From Candidatus Latescibacterota bacterium (GTDB lineage Bacteria > Latescibacterota > UBA2968): 64,000 bases of DNA. Below, piece by piece: positions 10,010 through 18,686 of the stretch. Within the stretch, counting starts at the first letter, position 1. Each line of letters begins with the position of its first letter. The DNA lies in NCBI GenBank assembly GCA_965204745.1, contig OZ242010.1:4992001-5056000 (forward strand). The letters are read 5' to 3'. The translations under genes were made by a program, and so were the position numbers. The notes below the pieces were generated by a model that was not told the origin of the DNA, ran no database searches, and was given only the letters and a program-made list of their open reading frames with translations.

Positions 10010-13000
10010 ATGAAATCCTCTGACTTTGTCCATTTGCACAGCCACACCATGTACAGCTTGCTCGACGGCGCGTCCAGAATTGAAGACATGGCCCAACTCG
10101 CCGCGGAGTGGGGCATGCCCGCGGTTGCCATGACCGATCACGGCAACCTCTTTGGCGCGATTGATTTTTACCGCGCCATGCGCGAGGTGGATGTCAACCC
10201 GATCATCGGGTGCGAAGTGTATTGCGCCCTGGGCAGTCGGTTCGACAGAAAATCCGCGCCGGGTCTCCAGAGCAATTCAAACCATCTGGTCTTGCTCGTC
10301 AAAAACACCACCGGGTACAAAAACCTGATCAAACTCGTGTCCGCGGGGTATCTCGAGGGCTTTTACTACAACCCGCGCATCGACAAGGAATTGTTGCGCG
10401 AGCACGCGGACGGGCTGATCTGTCTCTCGGCGTGCGTCGGCGGGGAAATCCCCTACTTGATCGAGCGCGAGGGGTACAAGGCCGCGCAAAAAGCCGTGGA
10501 AACGTACCGCGATATTTTTGGCGAGGATTATTATTTGGAAATCCAGCGGCACGGCATCGACAAAGAAGACAAAATCAATCCCGGCCTCATCAAATTGCAC
10601 CGAGAAATGGGCGTGCCCTTGGTGGCGACCAATGATTCGCATTTTACCCGCGCAGAAGACCACGAGGCACACGCGGCCCTCGTCGCCATCCAAACGGGCA
10701 AAACCCTCAATGACCCCAAGCGCATGTGCTATCCCGAAGGCGTGTACTTCAAATCCGCGCAAGAGATGTACGAGTTGTTTCGGGACATGCCCCACGTCTT
10801 GGACCGCACGCTCGAAATCGCGGAAAAGTGCGATCTAAAAATCTCATTTGACGAGTACCGCGCGCCGGATTTCCCCTTGCCGCACGGGTACGATTCGGCC
10901 AGCGAGTACTTGGGCCATCTCGCCCGCGAGTGCATGGAGAAGCGGTGCAACGCCATAACAACCGAGCACGAGGCGCGGCTGCAGTTCGAGTTGGAGGTGA
11001 TCGACCAGACCGGGTATCCGGGCTATTTTTTGATCTTGCACGATCTAGTGGCATTTTCCAACGCGCACAACATTCGCGCAGGCGCGCGCGGGTCCGCGGT
11101 GAGCAGCTTGGTCGCGTACTCGCTGGGCATTACTGCGGTGGATCCCATCGAATACGGCTTGGTGTTCGAGCGGTTTTTGAACCCCGAGCGGATCTCCCCG
11201 CCGGATATCGACCTCGACATTGCGGATCGAGACCGCGAGCGCGTGATCGACTACGTGGTGCAAAAATACGGGCGCGACAATGTCTGCCAGATCATCACCT
11301 TTGGCACGATGGGCGCCAAGGGCGTGATCCGCGACGTGGGCCGGGTGTTGGACTTGCCGTTTTCAGAAGTCGATAAAATCTCCAAACTCGTGCCCGCGGA
11401 ATTGAAAATGACCCTGGACAAGGCCCTTGACCAAGTGCCCGAGTTGCACGCGACCTCAGAAGACGGGGGCACGGGCGAAAAAATGATCGGCATTGGCAAA
11501 CAGCTCGAAGGCCTGGCCCGGCACGCCTCCATTCACGCGGCCGCCGTGGTGATCACCCCCGAACCCGTGACCGAATTTATGCCCGTGTACAAAGCCCCCA
11601 AGGGCGGCGAGGTCATGACGCAGTACAACATGCACCACGTCGAAGACTTGGGCTTTTTGAAGATCGATTTTTTGGGGCTTCGCAACCTGACGGTGATCGA
11701 CGACGCGGTCAAAATGGTCAAAGCCAACTGCGGCGTCGACGTGGCTGTGGATAACCTGCCCTTGGACGACGAGGCGACCTATCGGTTGTTCGGCCGGGGC
11801 GATACAACTGGGATATTCCAATTTGAAAGCCCGGGGATGAAGGGGTATTTGCAACAACTCAAGCCGGATGCCATCGGGGATATCATCGCGATGAACGCGC
11901 TCTATCGCCCGGGGCCGATGCAGTACATTCCCAACTACATCGACCGCAAACACGGCCGGGAAGACGTGAGCTATGACGACGAGAAAATGCGCCCGGCCCT
12001 AGAGGAGACGTACGGCATCATCACGTACCAAGAGCAAGTGCAGCGCCTCTGCCGGGACTTGGCCGGGTTCACGCTCGCCAAAGCAGACGGCATCCGCAAG
12101 GCCATGGGCAAGAAACTGGCCGATGTGATGGAACGGTACCGCACGGACTTTTTGGCCGGGGCCACGGGCAATGGCATTGCAAAAGCCACGGCGGAAAAGA
12201 TCTGGCGCGACATCGAGGTGTTCTCCGGCTACGGGTTCAACAAAGCGCACAGCGCGGGCTATTCGATGGTGGCCTATCAGTGCGCGTACCTCAAAGCGCA
12301 TTACCCGGCCGAATTTATGGCGGCCAACCTCAACAGCGAAATCGGCGACATCGACCGGCTGGTCGTCTTGATCGAAGAGTGCAGGCGCATGGGCCTCGAG
12401 GTCTTGCCCCCGGATGTGAATGAGGGCCAAGTCGATTTTGTCGCGGTCAAAAAGCAAATCCGAATGGGCATGGCCGCCATCCGCAATGTGGGGCGCGGCG
12501 CGGTGCAAGCCATTGTCGCTACCCGCGAAGCCGATGGCCCGTTCGAGTCCCTGTTCGATTTTTGCGACCGCGTGGATTCGCAGGCGGTCAACCGGCGCTG
12601 CATCGAAAGCCTGATCAAAGCGGGAGCGTATGACTGCGTGCTCGGGCACCGCGCGCAGTTGTTTGAAGCCGTGGACCGCGCCCTAGAAATGGGGCAGTCC
12701 GCACAATCGGATCGCGCCCGCGGGCAGATTTCCCTGTTTGAATCCGCGGGGATGCAACCGCAAGTGGTCGACGACCGCTCCTTGCCCGACGCGGCGGAAT
12801 GGACCGAGCGCGAACGCCTCGCGCACGAAAAAGACATGCTCGGGTTTTATCTTTCCGGGCACCCCTTGGCGCGGTACCGCACGGATTTGGAGGAAATGGG
12901 CATGCGCTCTGCCGGGGAGTTGGAGGGCTTGCCCGACGGCGCGGAAGTGCAGATGGGCGGCGTGCTGATCGAGGTCAAACCCCATACCGCCCGCGATGGC

Positions 13001-13528
13001 CGGCCCATGGCCTTTGGCCTGTTAGAAGACCTGAGCGGCGCGGTCGATTTGGTGGTGTTTCCAGACAATTTTGAAAAATTGCGCGACCGCCTCTCCGTCG
13101 ATGAAATGGTGGTTTTGCAAGGCCGATTCTCCGCGCACAATGGGCGGCAATCCGTGCAGGTCGAAAACGTGATCCCCATCGAACAAGCGCGCGAGCAACT
13201 CGCCGATACGGTCAATGTCCGCCTGCCGGGGGATTTGATTCGGATGGAACGCCTGCAATCCCTGCACACGCTTTGCCTGAAACATCCGGGCGCGTGCCAG
13301 TTGCGCCTGCATTTGGACTTGGAGCGCGACCATTCCACCGTGATCCTGTCCCGCCGCGTTCAGGTGTTGCCCTCTGACGCGCTGTTGCGAGAAATTGACG
13401 AACTCACAGACGGCAAAGCCAATGCCTGGGTCTCAACCGAAGCCACCCGCGCCCGCCGCGCCGCGAGACGACAACCCGAGGTGGGCGCGGAATATCAGGG
13501 TGTTGAAAACGAACTCGTGCCGGCATAA
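10010..13528 (+). CDS. dnaE: DNA polymerase III alpha subunit
   Basis: FVHLH.H..YSLLDG PHP domain, RGSA, FERFLNPER..PPDIDLD, KIDFLGL, FNKAH and a C-terminal OB fold; RBS aggag upstream. Confidence 0.98.
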   Translation: MKSSDFVHLHSHTMYSLLDGASRIEDMAQLAAEWGMPAVAMTDHGNLFGAIDFYRAMREVDVNPIIGCEVYCALGSRFDRKSAPGLQSNSNHLVLLVKNTTGYKNLIKLVSAGYLEGFYYNPRIDKELLREHADGLICLSACVGGEIPYLIEREGYKAAQKAVETYRDIFGEDYYLEIQRHGIDKEDKINPGLIKLHREMGVPLVATNDSHFTRAEDHEAHAALVAIQTGKTLNDPKRMCYPEGVYFKSAQEMYELFRDMPHVLDRTLEIAEKCDLKISFDEYRAPDFPLPHGYDSASEYLGHLARECMEKRCNAITTEHEARLQFELEVIDQTGYPGYFLILHDLVAFSNAHNIRAGARGSAVSSLVAYSLGITAVDPIEYGLVFERFLNPERISPPDIDLDIADRDRERVIDYVVQKYGRDNVCQIITFGTMGAKGVIRDVGRVLDLPFSEVDKISKLVPAELKMTLDKALDQVPELHATSEDGGTGEKMIGIGKQLEGLARHASIHAAAVVITPEPVTEFMPVYKAPKGGEVMTQYNMHHVEDLGFLKIDFLGLRNLTVIDDAVKMVKANCGVDVAVDNLPLDDEATYRLFGRGDTTGIFQFESPGMKGYLQQLKPDAIGDIIAMNALYRPGPMQYIPNYIDRKHGREDVSYDDEKMRPALEETYGIITYQEQVQRLCRDLAGFTLAKADGIRKAMGKKLADVMERYRTDFLAGATGNGIAKATAEKIWRDIEVFSGYGFNKAHSAGYSMVAYQCAYLKAHYPAEFMAANLNSEIGDIDRLVVLIEECRRMGLEVLPPDVNEGQVDFVAVKKQIRMGMAAIRNVGRGAVQAIVATREADGPFESLFDFCDRVDSQAVNRRCIESLIKAGAYDCVLGHRAQLFEAVDRALEMGQSAQSDRARGQISLFESAGMQPQVVDDRSLPDAAEWTERERLAHEKDMLGFYLSGHPLARYRTDLEEMGMRSAGELEGLPDGAEVQMGGVLIEVKPHTARDGRPMAFGLLEDLSGAVDLVVFPDNFEKLRDRLSVDEMVVLQGRFSAHNGRQSVQVENVIPIEQAREQLADTVNVRLPGDLIRMERLQSLHTLCLKHPGACQLRLHLDLERDHSTVILSRRVQVLPSDALLREIDELTDGKANAWVSTEATRARRAARRQPEVGAEYQGVENELVPA

Positions 13529-13539
13529 GGAGGGGAGAA

Positions 13540-13770
13540 CATCCCTTGTATCTTTGGGCGAGCACGGGGCATCGCCCAAAAAGGTGAGAGGTGAGAGGCA
13601 AGACGGGAGAAGACCTACACTCACTGATCGCTTTTGAACGGGGTATCGTCAGTTGTACCCCTTTTGTGCCTTTTGTGTTTTTGAACTGGCTGTCGCCAGT
13701 TGTACCCCGCTCGTGGCTAATCGCCTTTGAACGGGCTATCGCCAGTTGTACCCCACTCGTGGCTAAACTT
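13540..13770. repeat. Composite intergenic repeat (GTAG-type REP, heptamers, 3 copies of a ~30-bp unit, 9-mers)
   Basis: gggcgagcacggggcatcgccc REP, then gagaggt/gagaggc/aagacgg heptamers, then 3x (t)ttgaacgggctatcgccagttgtacccc variants. Confidence 0.7.
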
Positions 13771-13777
13771 CCATCTC

Positions 13778-14479
13778 ATGTCTGACCGCCCTCGCATTTC
13801 CGTGATCATCCCCGTATTCAACGAACAAGACGCCATTGAAAAAGTCATCGGCGACATTCCCGGGGACTTGCCGACTGAAATCATCGTTGTCGATAATGCC
13901 TCTACGGATCAAACCGCAAAATTGGCCGCGGCAATGGGCGCGCGCATTATTCGGGAAAATCGCAGGGGATACGGCTCGGCCTGCCTCGCGGGCATTGCAG
14001 GCGTCAACCGGCCCGACATCGTCGTCTTTCTCGACGGCGACTACAGCGACCACCCCAATGAAATGCCAGACCTCATCGCGCCTATCGCGGAAAACCACGC
14101 GGACCTCGTCATCGGCTCGCGCGTTTTGGGCAACAGCGAACCCGGCGCGCTGATGATTCAGGCGCGTTTTGGCAACCGCTTGGCAACCCGTCTCATCAAA
14201 CACCTCTTCGGCGTGGCCTACACGGACTTGGGGCCGTTCCGGGCGATTCGCTATTCAGCACTCATGGAATTGGATATGCGGGATACGACGTTTGGATGGA
14301 CCGTGGAAATGCAGGTCAAAGCAGCGCGGCAGGGGTTGAACATACGAGAAGTGCCAGTAAGTTATCGGAAACGCATCGGGGTTTCCAAAATTACTGGCAC
14401 GCTAAAAGGCACGCTCATGGCGGGATGGAAAATTTTATTCACCATTTTCAAATATCGGTTTGGGCGGACTCTTGTTTGA
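13778..14479 (+). CDS. Glycosyltransferase family 2 (DPM-synthase-like)
   Basis: ISVIIPVFNE, VVDNASTD, FLDGDYSD (DxD) and EVPVSYRKRIGVSKI. Confidence 0.92.
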   Translation: MSDRPRISVIIPVFNEQDAIEKVIGDIPGDLPTEIIVVDNASTDQTAKLAAAMGARIIRENRRGYGSACLAGIAGVNRPDIVVFLDGDYSDHPNEMPDLIAPIAENHADLVIGSRVLGNSEPGALMIQARFGNRLATRLIKHLFGVAYTDLGPFRAIRYSALMELDMRDTTFGWTVEMQVKAARQGLNIREVPVSYRKRIGVSKITGTLKGTLMAGWKILFTIFKYRFGRTLV

Positions 14480-14489
14480 ACGGGTTGTT

Positions 14490-14792
14490 TTACGGCTTCT
14501 CGCTCTCGTCTTCTATATGCAACTCCAATCGCTTGATCGCCGCGGCTGTGTAAATGTGGTCTTTCCGGTGTTGCGAGCGTTGGCGCACGATTTGATCGGC
14601 GATTTCAAAAGCCGCGATCAGCGCGATCCCCGTGGTATCAAACCGCTCGGTGTCCTCGGCGATCCGATTCATTTTCTCATCGACAAAGCGCGACACCTCA
14701 GCGGTATATTGCGCTGACTTCGCGCTGCGGAGCACGTATTCCGCGCCGAAAATCATCACAGTGGTCTTGTGAACATCATCGGAATGGGTCAT
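14490..14792 (-). CDS. zapA: Cell division protein ZapA
   Basis: 100 aa; V.IFG.EY.L....Y..EV..FVD.KM..I....AL..A..IAD pattern followed by a coiled coil. Confidence 0.8.
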   Translation of the reverse strand: MTHSDDVHKTTVMIFGAEYVLRSAKSAQYTAEVSRFVDEKMNRIAEDTERFDTTGIALIAAFEIADQIVRQRSQHRKDHIYTAAAIKRLELHIEDESEKP

Positions 14793-14818
14793 ATCCGTTC
14801 TTCCAACTTTGCGCGCCA

Positions 14819-15073
14819 TCACGGCTTTGCCACGAGTTCCATGCGAACCACGCCATCGGTCGCGGGCACTTCCAATTCCACCACCCACCCCTTGACGACC
14901 TCGCCCTTCACGACGATTTCCTTGGCTTTTTTGGACAGGATTTGGGCATCTTTGGATACCCGCGCCAGTGCGCGACACTTGTCATCATCCACGCAGAAAT
15001 AACGCTGGATTCGGGTTTCGGGCATGCCGCCCAGTGTGGGACGCTCCGCGTCGTGTTTTTTGAGCACCATCAT
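14819..15073 (-). CDS. Small hypothetical protein
   Basis: 84-aa ORF packed co-directionally between nadD and zapA, with an RBS-like agagg upstream. Confidence 0.6.
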   Translation of the reverse strand: MMVLKKHDAERPTLGGMPETRIQRYFCVDDDKCRALARVSKDAQILSKKAKEIVVKGEVVKGWVVELEVPATDGVVRMELVAKP

Positions 15074-15084
15074 GTCCAACCTCT

Positions 15085-15672
15085 CTAAACATATAACCCT
15101 TGGGTCTGAATGTAGTCTGCAACGGCCTCGGGCACCCAAAAGGCAATGGGTTTTTTCTCTTGCACGCGCGCCCTGATCGCCGTTGACGAAATGTCTATCA
15201 GGGGCGTTTGTACAAACCGCATCTTGGCTTTGAACGCCGGATCGATGCGCGAGCGATCAAAGCCCGGTCGGGCCGCCACGAGCACTTGGGCCAAAGCCAA
15301 CACGCCTTGGGGATTGCACCATGTGCCCATGTCAACCGCATTGTCCGCGCCAATCATCAAAAAGAGTTTCGCATCCTCGCCCATACCTCGGCGCAAGTGA
15401 CGCAGGGTATTTATCGTATAGGACTTGCCCGGGCGCGACAACTCAAACCGACTCAGCGCGAACCCCGGATAATCGCGCACCGCCAATTCCACCATCGCCG
15501 CACGGTCTTTCGCCGAAGCCATGGCCGGATTGCGCTTGTGCGGCGGTTCGCCCGAAGGCATGAACACGACCCGATTGAGCGCGCAGTGCAACATCATTTC
15601 CTGCGCGATAATCAAATGCCCGAGGTGAATGGGATCAAATGTCCCGCCAAAAATACCAATGCGCCGTGCCAT
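15085..15672 (-). CDS. nadD: Nicotinate-nucleotide adenylyltransferase
   Basis: IGIFGGTFDPIHLGH, PPHK, SYT..TL, IGAD and ISST.IR motifs. Confidence 0.96.
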   Translation of the reverse strand: MARRIGIFGGTFDPIHLGHLIIAQEMMLHCALNRVVFMPSGEPPHKRNPAMASAKDRAAMVELAVRDYPGFALSRFELSRPGKSYTINTLRHLRRGMGEDAKLFLMIGADNAVDMGTWCNPQGVLALAQVLVAARPGFDRSRIDPAFKAKMRFVQTPLIDISSTAIRARVQEKKPIAFWVPEAVADYIQTQGLYV

Positions 15673-15879
15673 TTTTCCGAGGGAATGGGGTACAACCACA
15701 TAGCAATTCATCTCCGCATCATCACAGTACGTCGGGTTTTGGGGTTGTCGGGCGGGGACTGACCACTGACCACTGACCACTGACAACTGACGGGGTTGCC
15801 TCACCTCTCCCGTCTCACCTCTCCTGTCTTGCGTCTCACCGAAGGGAGTTGGGCAGGGTGGGAACTGACCACTGACTTT

Positions 15880-16644
15880 TCATCTTTTTACGTTTTTATC
15901 GTTTATTTTGAATTTTTCTATCGCTTCAACCACTTTTGCCTTCAACTTTTCGGGCAGGTCTTGGCCCGCCAACAAGGTGAGATCATCGAAGGCATCGTCG
16001 CGTTTTCCGGTCTTCAATTTGACCTGTGCGAGCACAAAGCGCGCCTCTAACGCGGCTTCGGTGTCGGGATATTCCTTCAAGACCCCCTCGGCATAGACTT
16101 TCGCCGCGGTATAGTATTTCCAGGTGATGTAATTGTACGCGATCATGACGTCCTTAAGCGCGAGTTGATTGCGTAAGACGCGGATTTTCTCCGCTGCCTG
16201 AGACGCGAAATCGCTTTGCGGATAATCTTCGATAAACCGCTCAAATTCCCGAATCGCCTTGTGCGTTTCATCTTGGTCGTGGTGAATATCTCGCGCATCT
16301 TGAAAATAGCACTCGCCAATTTGGAAGCGCGCCTCCGCCGCATAAGGGCTGACGGGATATTCATTGATCAGCCGCTCGTATTCAAAAATGGCCGTCACGT
16401 AATCCTTTTGGCACTGGTAAGCTTTGCCCAACCCAAATTGCGCCTCGTCCGACAGATGGGACCCGGGAAAATCCGACAGCATGTTTCTAAACAACAACTC
16501 GGCTTCGTAGCACTTGCGGTTTTTGAGTGCCTCTTGCGCGGCCTTGTGATAGACCTCTGAACTCGACCGCCGGTATTTTTTTTGCGCGCACCCCGCGCTC
16601 ACCGCGAGCAATAACGCACAACCGATATGTAAAAATCGTCTCAT
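15880..16644 (-). CDS. bamD: Outer membrane protein assembly lipoprotein BamD
   Basis: Lipobox SAGC, TPR-like repeats, DQDET.KAI..F..FI.DYP.S and LA.K...IA..Y; lies upstream of nadD. Confidence 0.85.
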   Translation of the reverse strand: MRRFLHIGCALLLAVSAGCAQKKYRRSSSEVYHKAAQEALKNRKCYEAELLFRNMLSDFPGSHLSDEAQFGLGKAYQCQKDYVTAIFEYERLINEYPVSPYAAEARFQIGECYFQDARDIHHDQDETHKAIREFERFIEDYPQSDFASQAAEKIRVLRNQLALKDVMIAYNYITWKYYTAAKVYAEGVLKEYPDTEAALEARFVLAQVKLKTGKRDDAFDDLTLLAGQDLPEKLKAKVVEAIEKFKINDKNVKR

Positions 16645-16842
16645 AATCCGCCAATCTGCATCATCCTGAAAACCACTCGTTTGGAACGCCCTCCCGCCGT
16701 TCTGATAAACGATACAGATTCGGGAATGTTCCGCAGTTTCTCAAACAAAAAACAGCGCGTTTTCTCCGCGCTCAATTCCAACCCCCCCGCTTGCAAGGCT
16801 TTCAGAACATAAGCAAACCCCTCTGTCAAGTCAAGATAGACG

Positions 16843-16892
16843 AACGAAAAATGCCTCTTGATTTACCCCTCTTTGAGGGCTATCTTCAAAGC
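16843..16892 (+). promoter_or_regulatory. Sigma70-like promoter, copy 1 of a 50-bp direct repeat
   Basis: TTGATT-17 bp-TATCTT with an internal ccctc-ttt-gaggg palindrome; 49/50 identical to 21506-21555. Confidence 0.75.
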
Positions 16893-16927
16893 AATGATCC
16901 GTTACTACAAATCGCCAAACAGCCGCT

Positions 16928-17179
16928 ATGTCAAAAAAAATACTGCAAAAATTGCTATCTGGATCAAAAAATATCCGATTTGCGGAGATAACAGCATGCG
17001 CGACAGCATTTGGTTTCAGATTGGTGCGGATCAACGGCAGTCACCACATTTTTATTCACCCGAATATCCCCGAGCAATTGAATCTTCAAAGTGTCAAAGG
17101 CCAAGCCAAACCTTATCAGGTTCGACAACTGCTCAAACTCATTGAGCGATATCATCTCCAAATGGAGGCCGGCGAATGA
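16928..17179 (+). CDS. hicA: HicA-family mRNA interferase toxin
   Basis: GF...RINGSHHIF.H and AKPYQVRQ; overlaps hicB via ATGA. Confidence 0.9.
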   Translation: MSKKILQKLLSGSKNIRFAEITACATAFGFRLVRINGSHHIFIHPNIPEQLNLQSVKGQAKPYQVRQLLKLIERYHLQMEAGE

Positions 17180-17391
17180 AAAATTATCACGTCAATGTAT
17201 TTTACAGCGCAGAAGATAAGGGATATATAGCCGACATTCCCGATTTGAAATATTGTTCGGCATTCGGCGAGACACCCGAAGAGGCTTTGCGCGAGGTGCT
17301 CAAAGCAAAAGATGCATGGGTGGAATCGGCGCGCAACTCGGGCAAATTGATCCCCGAGCCTCAATACTGCCCCCCGATCTACCAAAAATGA
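17176..17391 (+). CDS. hicB: HicB-family antitoxin (short form, no DNA-binding domain evident)
   Basis: YIADIPDL..CSAFGETPEEAL..V..A...W......IPEP. Confidence 0.9.
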   Translation: MKNYHVNVFYSAEDKGYIADIPDLKYCSAFGETPEEALREVLKAKDAWVESARNSGKLIPEPQYCPPIYQK

Positions 17392-17418
17392 TCCGCGGGC
17401 GCGGAGCGAGAAGTGAGT

Positions 17419-17545
17419 GTAGGGGCGATGCCCCCGTGCTCGCCTAAAAAGGCAAGAGGGGAGAGGGTGGCCTTCTCACGTCTTGCCTCTCACCTCTCAC
17501 CTTTTTGGGTGATGCCCCCGTGCTCGCCCGAAGATACAAGGGGTC
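17419..17545. repeat. Pair of GTAG-type REP palindromes with heptamers
   Basis: gtaggggcgatgcccccgtgctcgcc and gggtgatgcccccgtgctcgcccgaagatacaag; relatives at about 630, 13555, 24690, 31705, 51945 and 55212. Confidence 0.75.
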
Positions 17546-17707
17546 GGGGAATATGGGCCGGGATAACGCACACGGCGGGGCGGCGGTGGGATGGGGCACG
17601 CACGGATCGAAACATCGTTGAAACAGTGTCATAACTCCCGAGACGCCATTGCTTACGACTGGCATTCGGAACGTAAGAACAGATGCACAAACACATAGCG
17701 GAACGAG

Positions 17708-17741
17708 AAAAGGGTCACGGTATTTACACCGTGACCCTTTT
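17708..17741. terminator. Bidirectional intrinsic terminator between convergent TA loci
   Basis: aaaagggtcacggt-atttac-accgtgaccctttt perfect stem. Confidence 0.8.
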
Positions 17742-17759
17742 GCTTGTTAGCCCAATTTG

Positions 17760-17858
17760 TCAATGTGGCTCAAGCCATGTTCCCCCGCCCTGAAGCATCG
17801 GGGTTTTACGGGCGAGGGTAATGATCGGCGAGGCATTGAGTACCCACCCCTTACTCAC
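17760..17858 (-). pseudogene. Truncated PIN-domain (DUF3368-like) toxin
   Basis: GTG overlaps the UPF0175 stop; MSKGWVLNASPIITLA resembles the N-terminus of PIN/DUF3368 toxins, then runs into an IS605-like hairpin and a stop. Confidence 0.65.
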
Positions 17859-18102
17859 GGTTCACTTCCTCCGCGATTTCATCCACGCTGTACTGATAGG
17901 GGGAGACCTCGAACCTGCCGAGTGCCGCGATAAATTCGCTACGGGACAGATCCGAAATTTCCGCTGCTCGGCTTTGGGAAATAAGCCCCATCTCATACCA
18001 TTTCACCGCACCAGCCAAACGCAATTCTTTGGTGAAATGATCCGGGTCTTTCCGCACCGCCGAAAACACCTCTTCTGACAATTCAAATGTCACCGTTACC
18101 AT
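17851..18102 (-). CDS. UPF0175-family putative antitoxin
   Basis: ELRLA.AVKWYE.G.ISQ.RAAEI..LSR.EFI..L; RBS aggag. Confidence 0.85.
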   Translation of the reverse strand: MVTVTFELSEEVFSAVRKDPDHFTKELRLAGAVKWYEMGLISQSRAAEISDLSRSEFIAALGRFEVSPYQYSVDEIAEEVNRE

Positions 18103-18252
18103 AAGATACTCTCCTGCTATTTATTTTTTTTGCCGCATAAAAACGCGAATGCGAATCCCCTATACATCCGCGCATGAAACCCACAAATCACAGGGCATCG
18201 CTGTGGGTAAAGCCGTTTAAGGTCGCTCTGATCGTTCAACGCACTAAAACGT

Positions 18253-18444
18253 TCACTTCGTTTGCTCAATGCGAATTTCATTTGTCGTTAGGGGATGTTC
18301 CAAACTGGGAGGCAGATATTGTATCGGCCCCTCCTCTTGCTGAATCGGCAAGGTATAAAGGCCACTGATTTCCACGTATTGCTGGTATTGCTTTTTGACC
18401 TCCTCCAAAGTCTTCAGATAATCGAGACTTCTTTTTTCGTACAT
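18253..18444 (-). CDS. Small hypothetical protein divergent from the retron
   Basis: 63 aa with a perfect aaggagg RBS 8 nt before ATG; AT-rich like the retron. Confidence 0.6.
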   Translation of the reverse strand: MYEKRSLDYLKTLEEVKKQYQQYVEISGLYTLPIQQEEGPIQYLPPSLEHPLTTNEIRIEQTK

Positions 18445-18491
18445 GATGTCTGCCTCCTTATTGGCAAAATCGGTAAAAAACAGATAGTTCC

Positions 18492-18520
18492 TTGCCTGCT
18501 TAGCGTTTTTCGGTTATCTT
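18492..18520 (+). promoter_or_regulatory. Predicted retron promoter
   Basis: TTGCCT-17 bp-TATCTT ending 5 nt before the first arm of the ncRNA inverted repeat. Confidence 0.65.
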
Positions 18521-18525
18521 GTTTT

Positions 18526-18669
18526 TGGCTTACAGGCAGAAATGTATCGCGCATCGCGATAAAAGATAAAACGTCAGGATGCGCCTTTGTGCTATCCGGT
18601 CGTTGTGCTATCCGGTCCTTGAACGCGACTACAATGTCGCCAGTATCGCATAGGAGTGCCTGTAAGCCA
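18526..18669 (+). ncRNA. Retron msr-msd RNA
   Basis: Perfect 13-bp a1/a2 inverted repeat tggcttacaggca / tgcctgtaagcca; unpaired G at 18539 opposite G18656 (candidate branching G); internal hairpins tatcgcg-cat-cgcgata, ggatgcgc-cttt-gtgctatcc and gcgac-tacaat-gtcgc; ends 17 nt before the RT ATG. Confidence 0.85.
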
Positions 18670-18686
18670 TTTTTTTGGACTGATCA

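Noticed and set aside
13628-13755. Mini-CRISPR of three ~30-bp repeats
   Set aside because: Spacers are under 20 bp and made of 9-mer repeats, and single copies are dispersed elsewhere
14400-14490. 6S RNA downstream of zapA
   Set aside because: zapA ends 10 bp from a convergent glycosyltransferase gene, leaving no room
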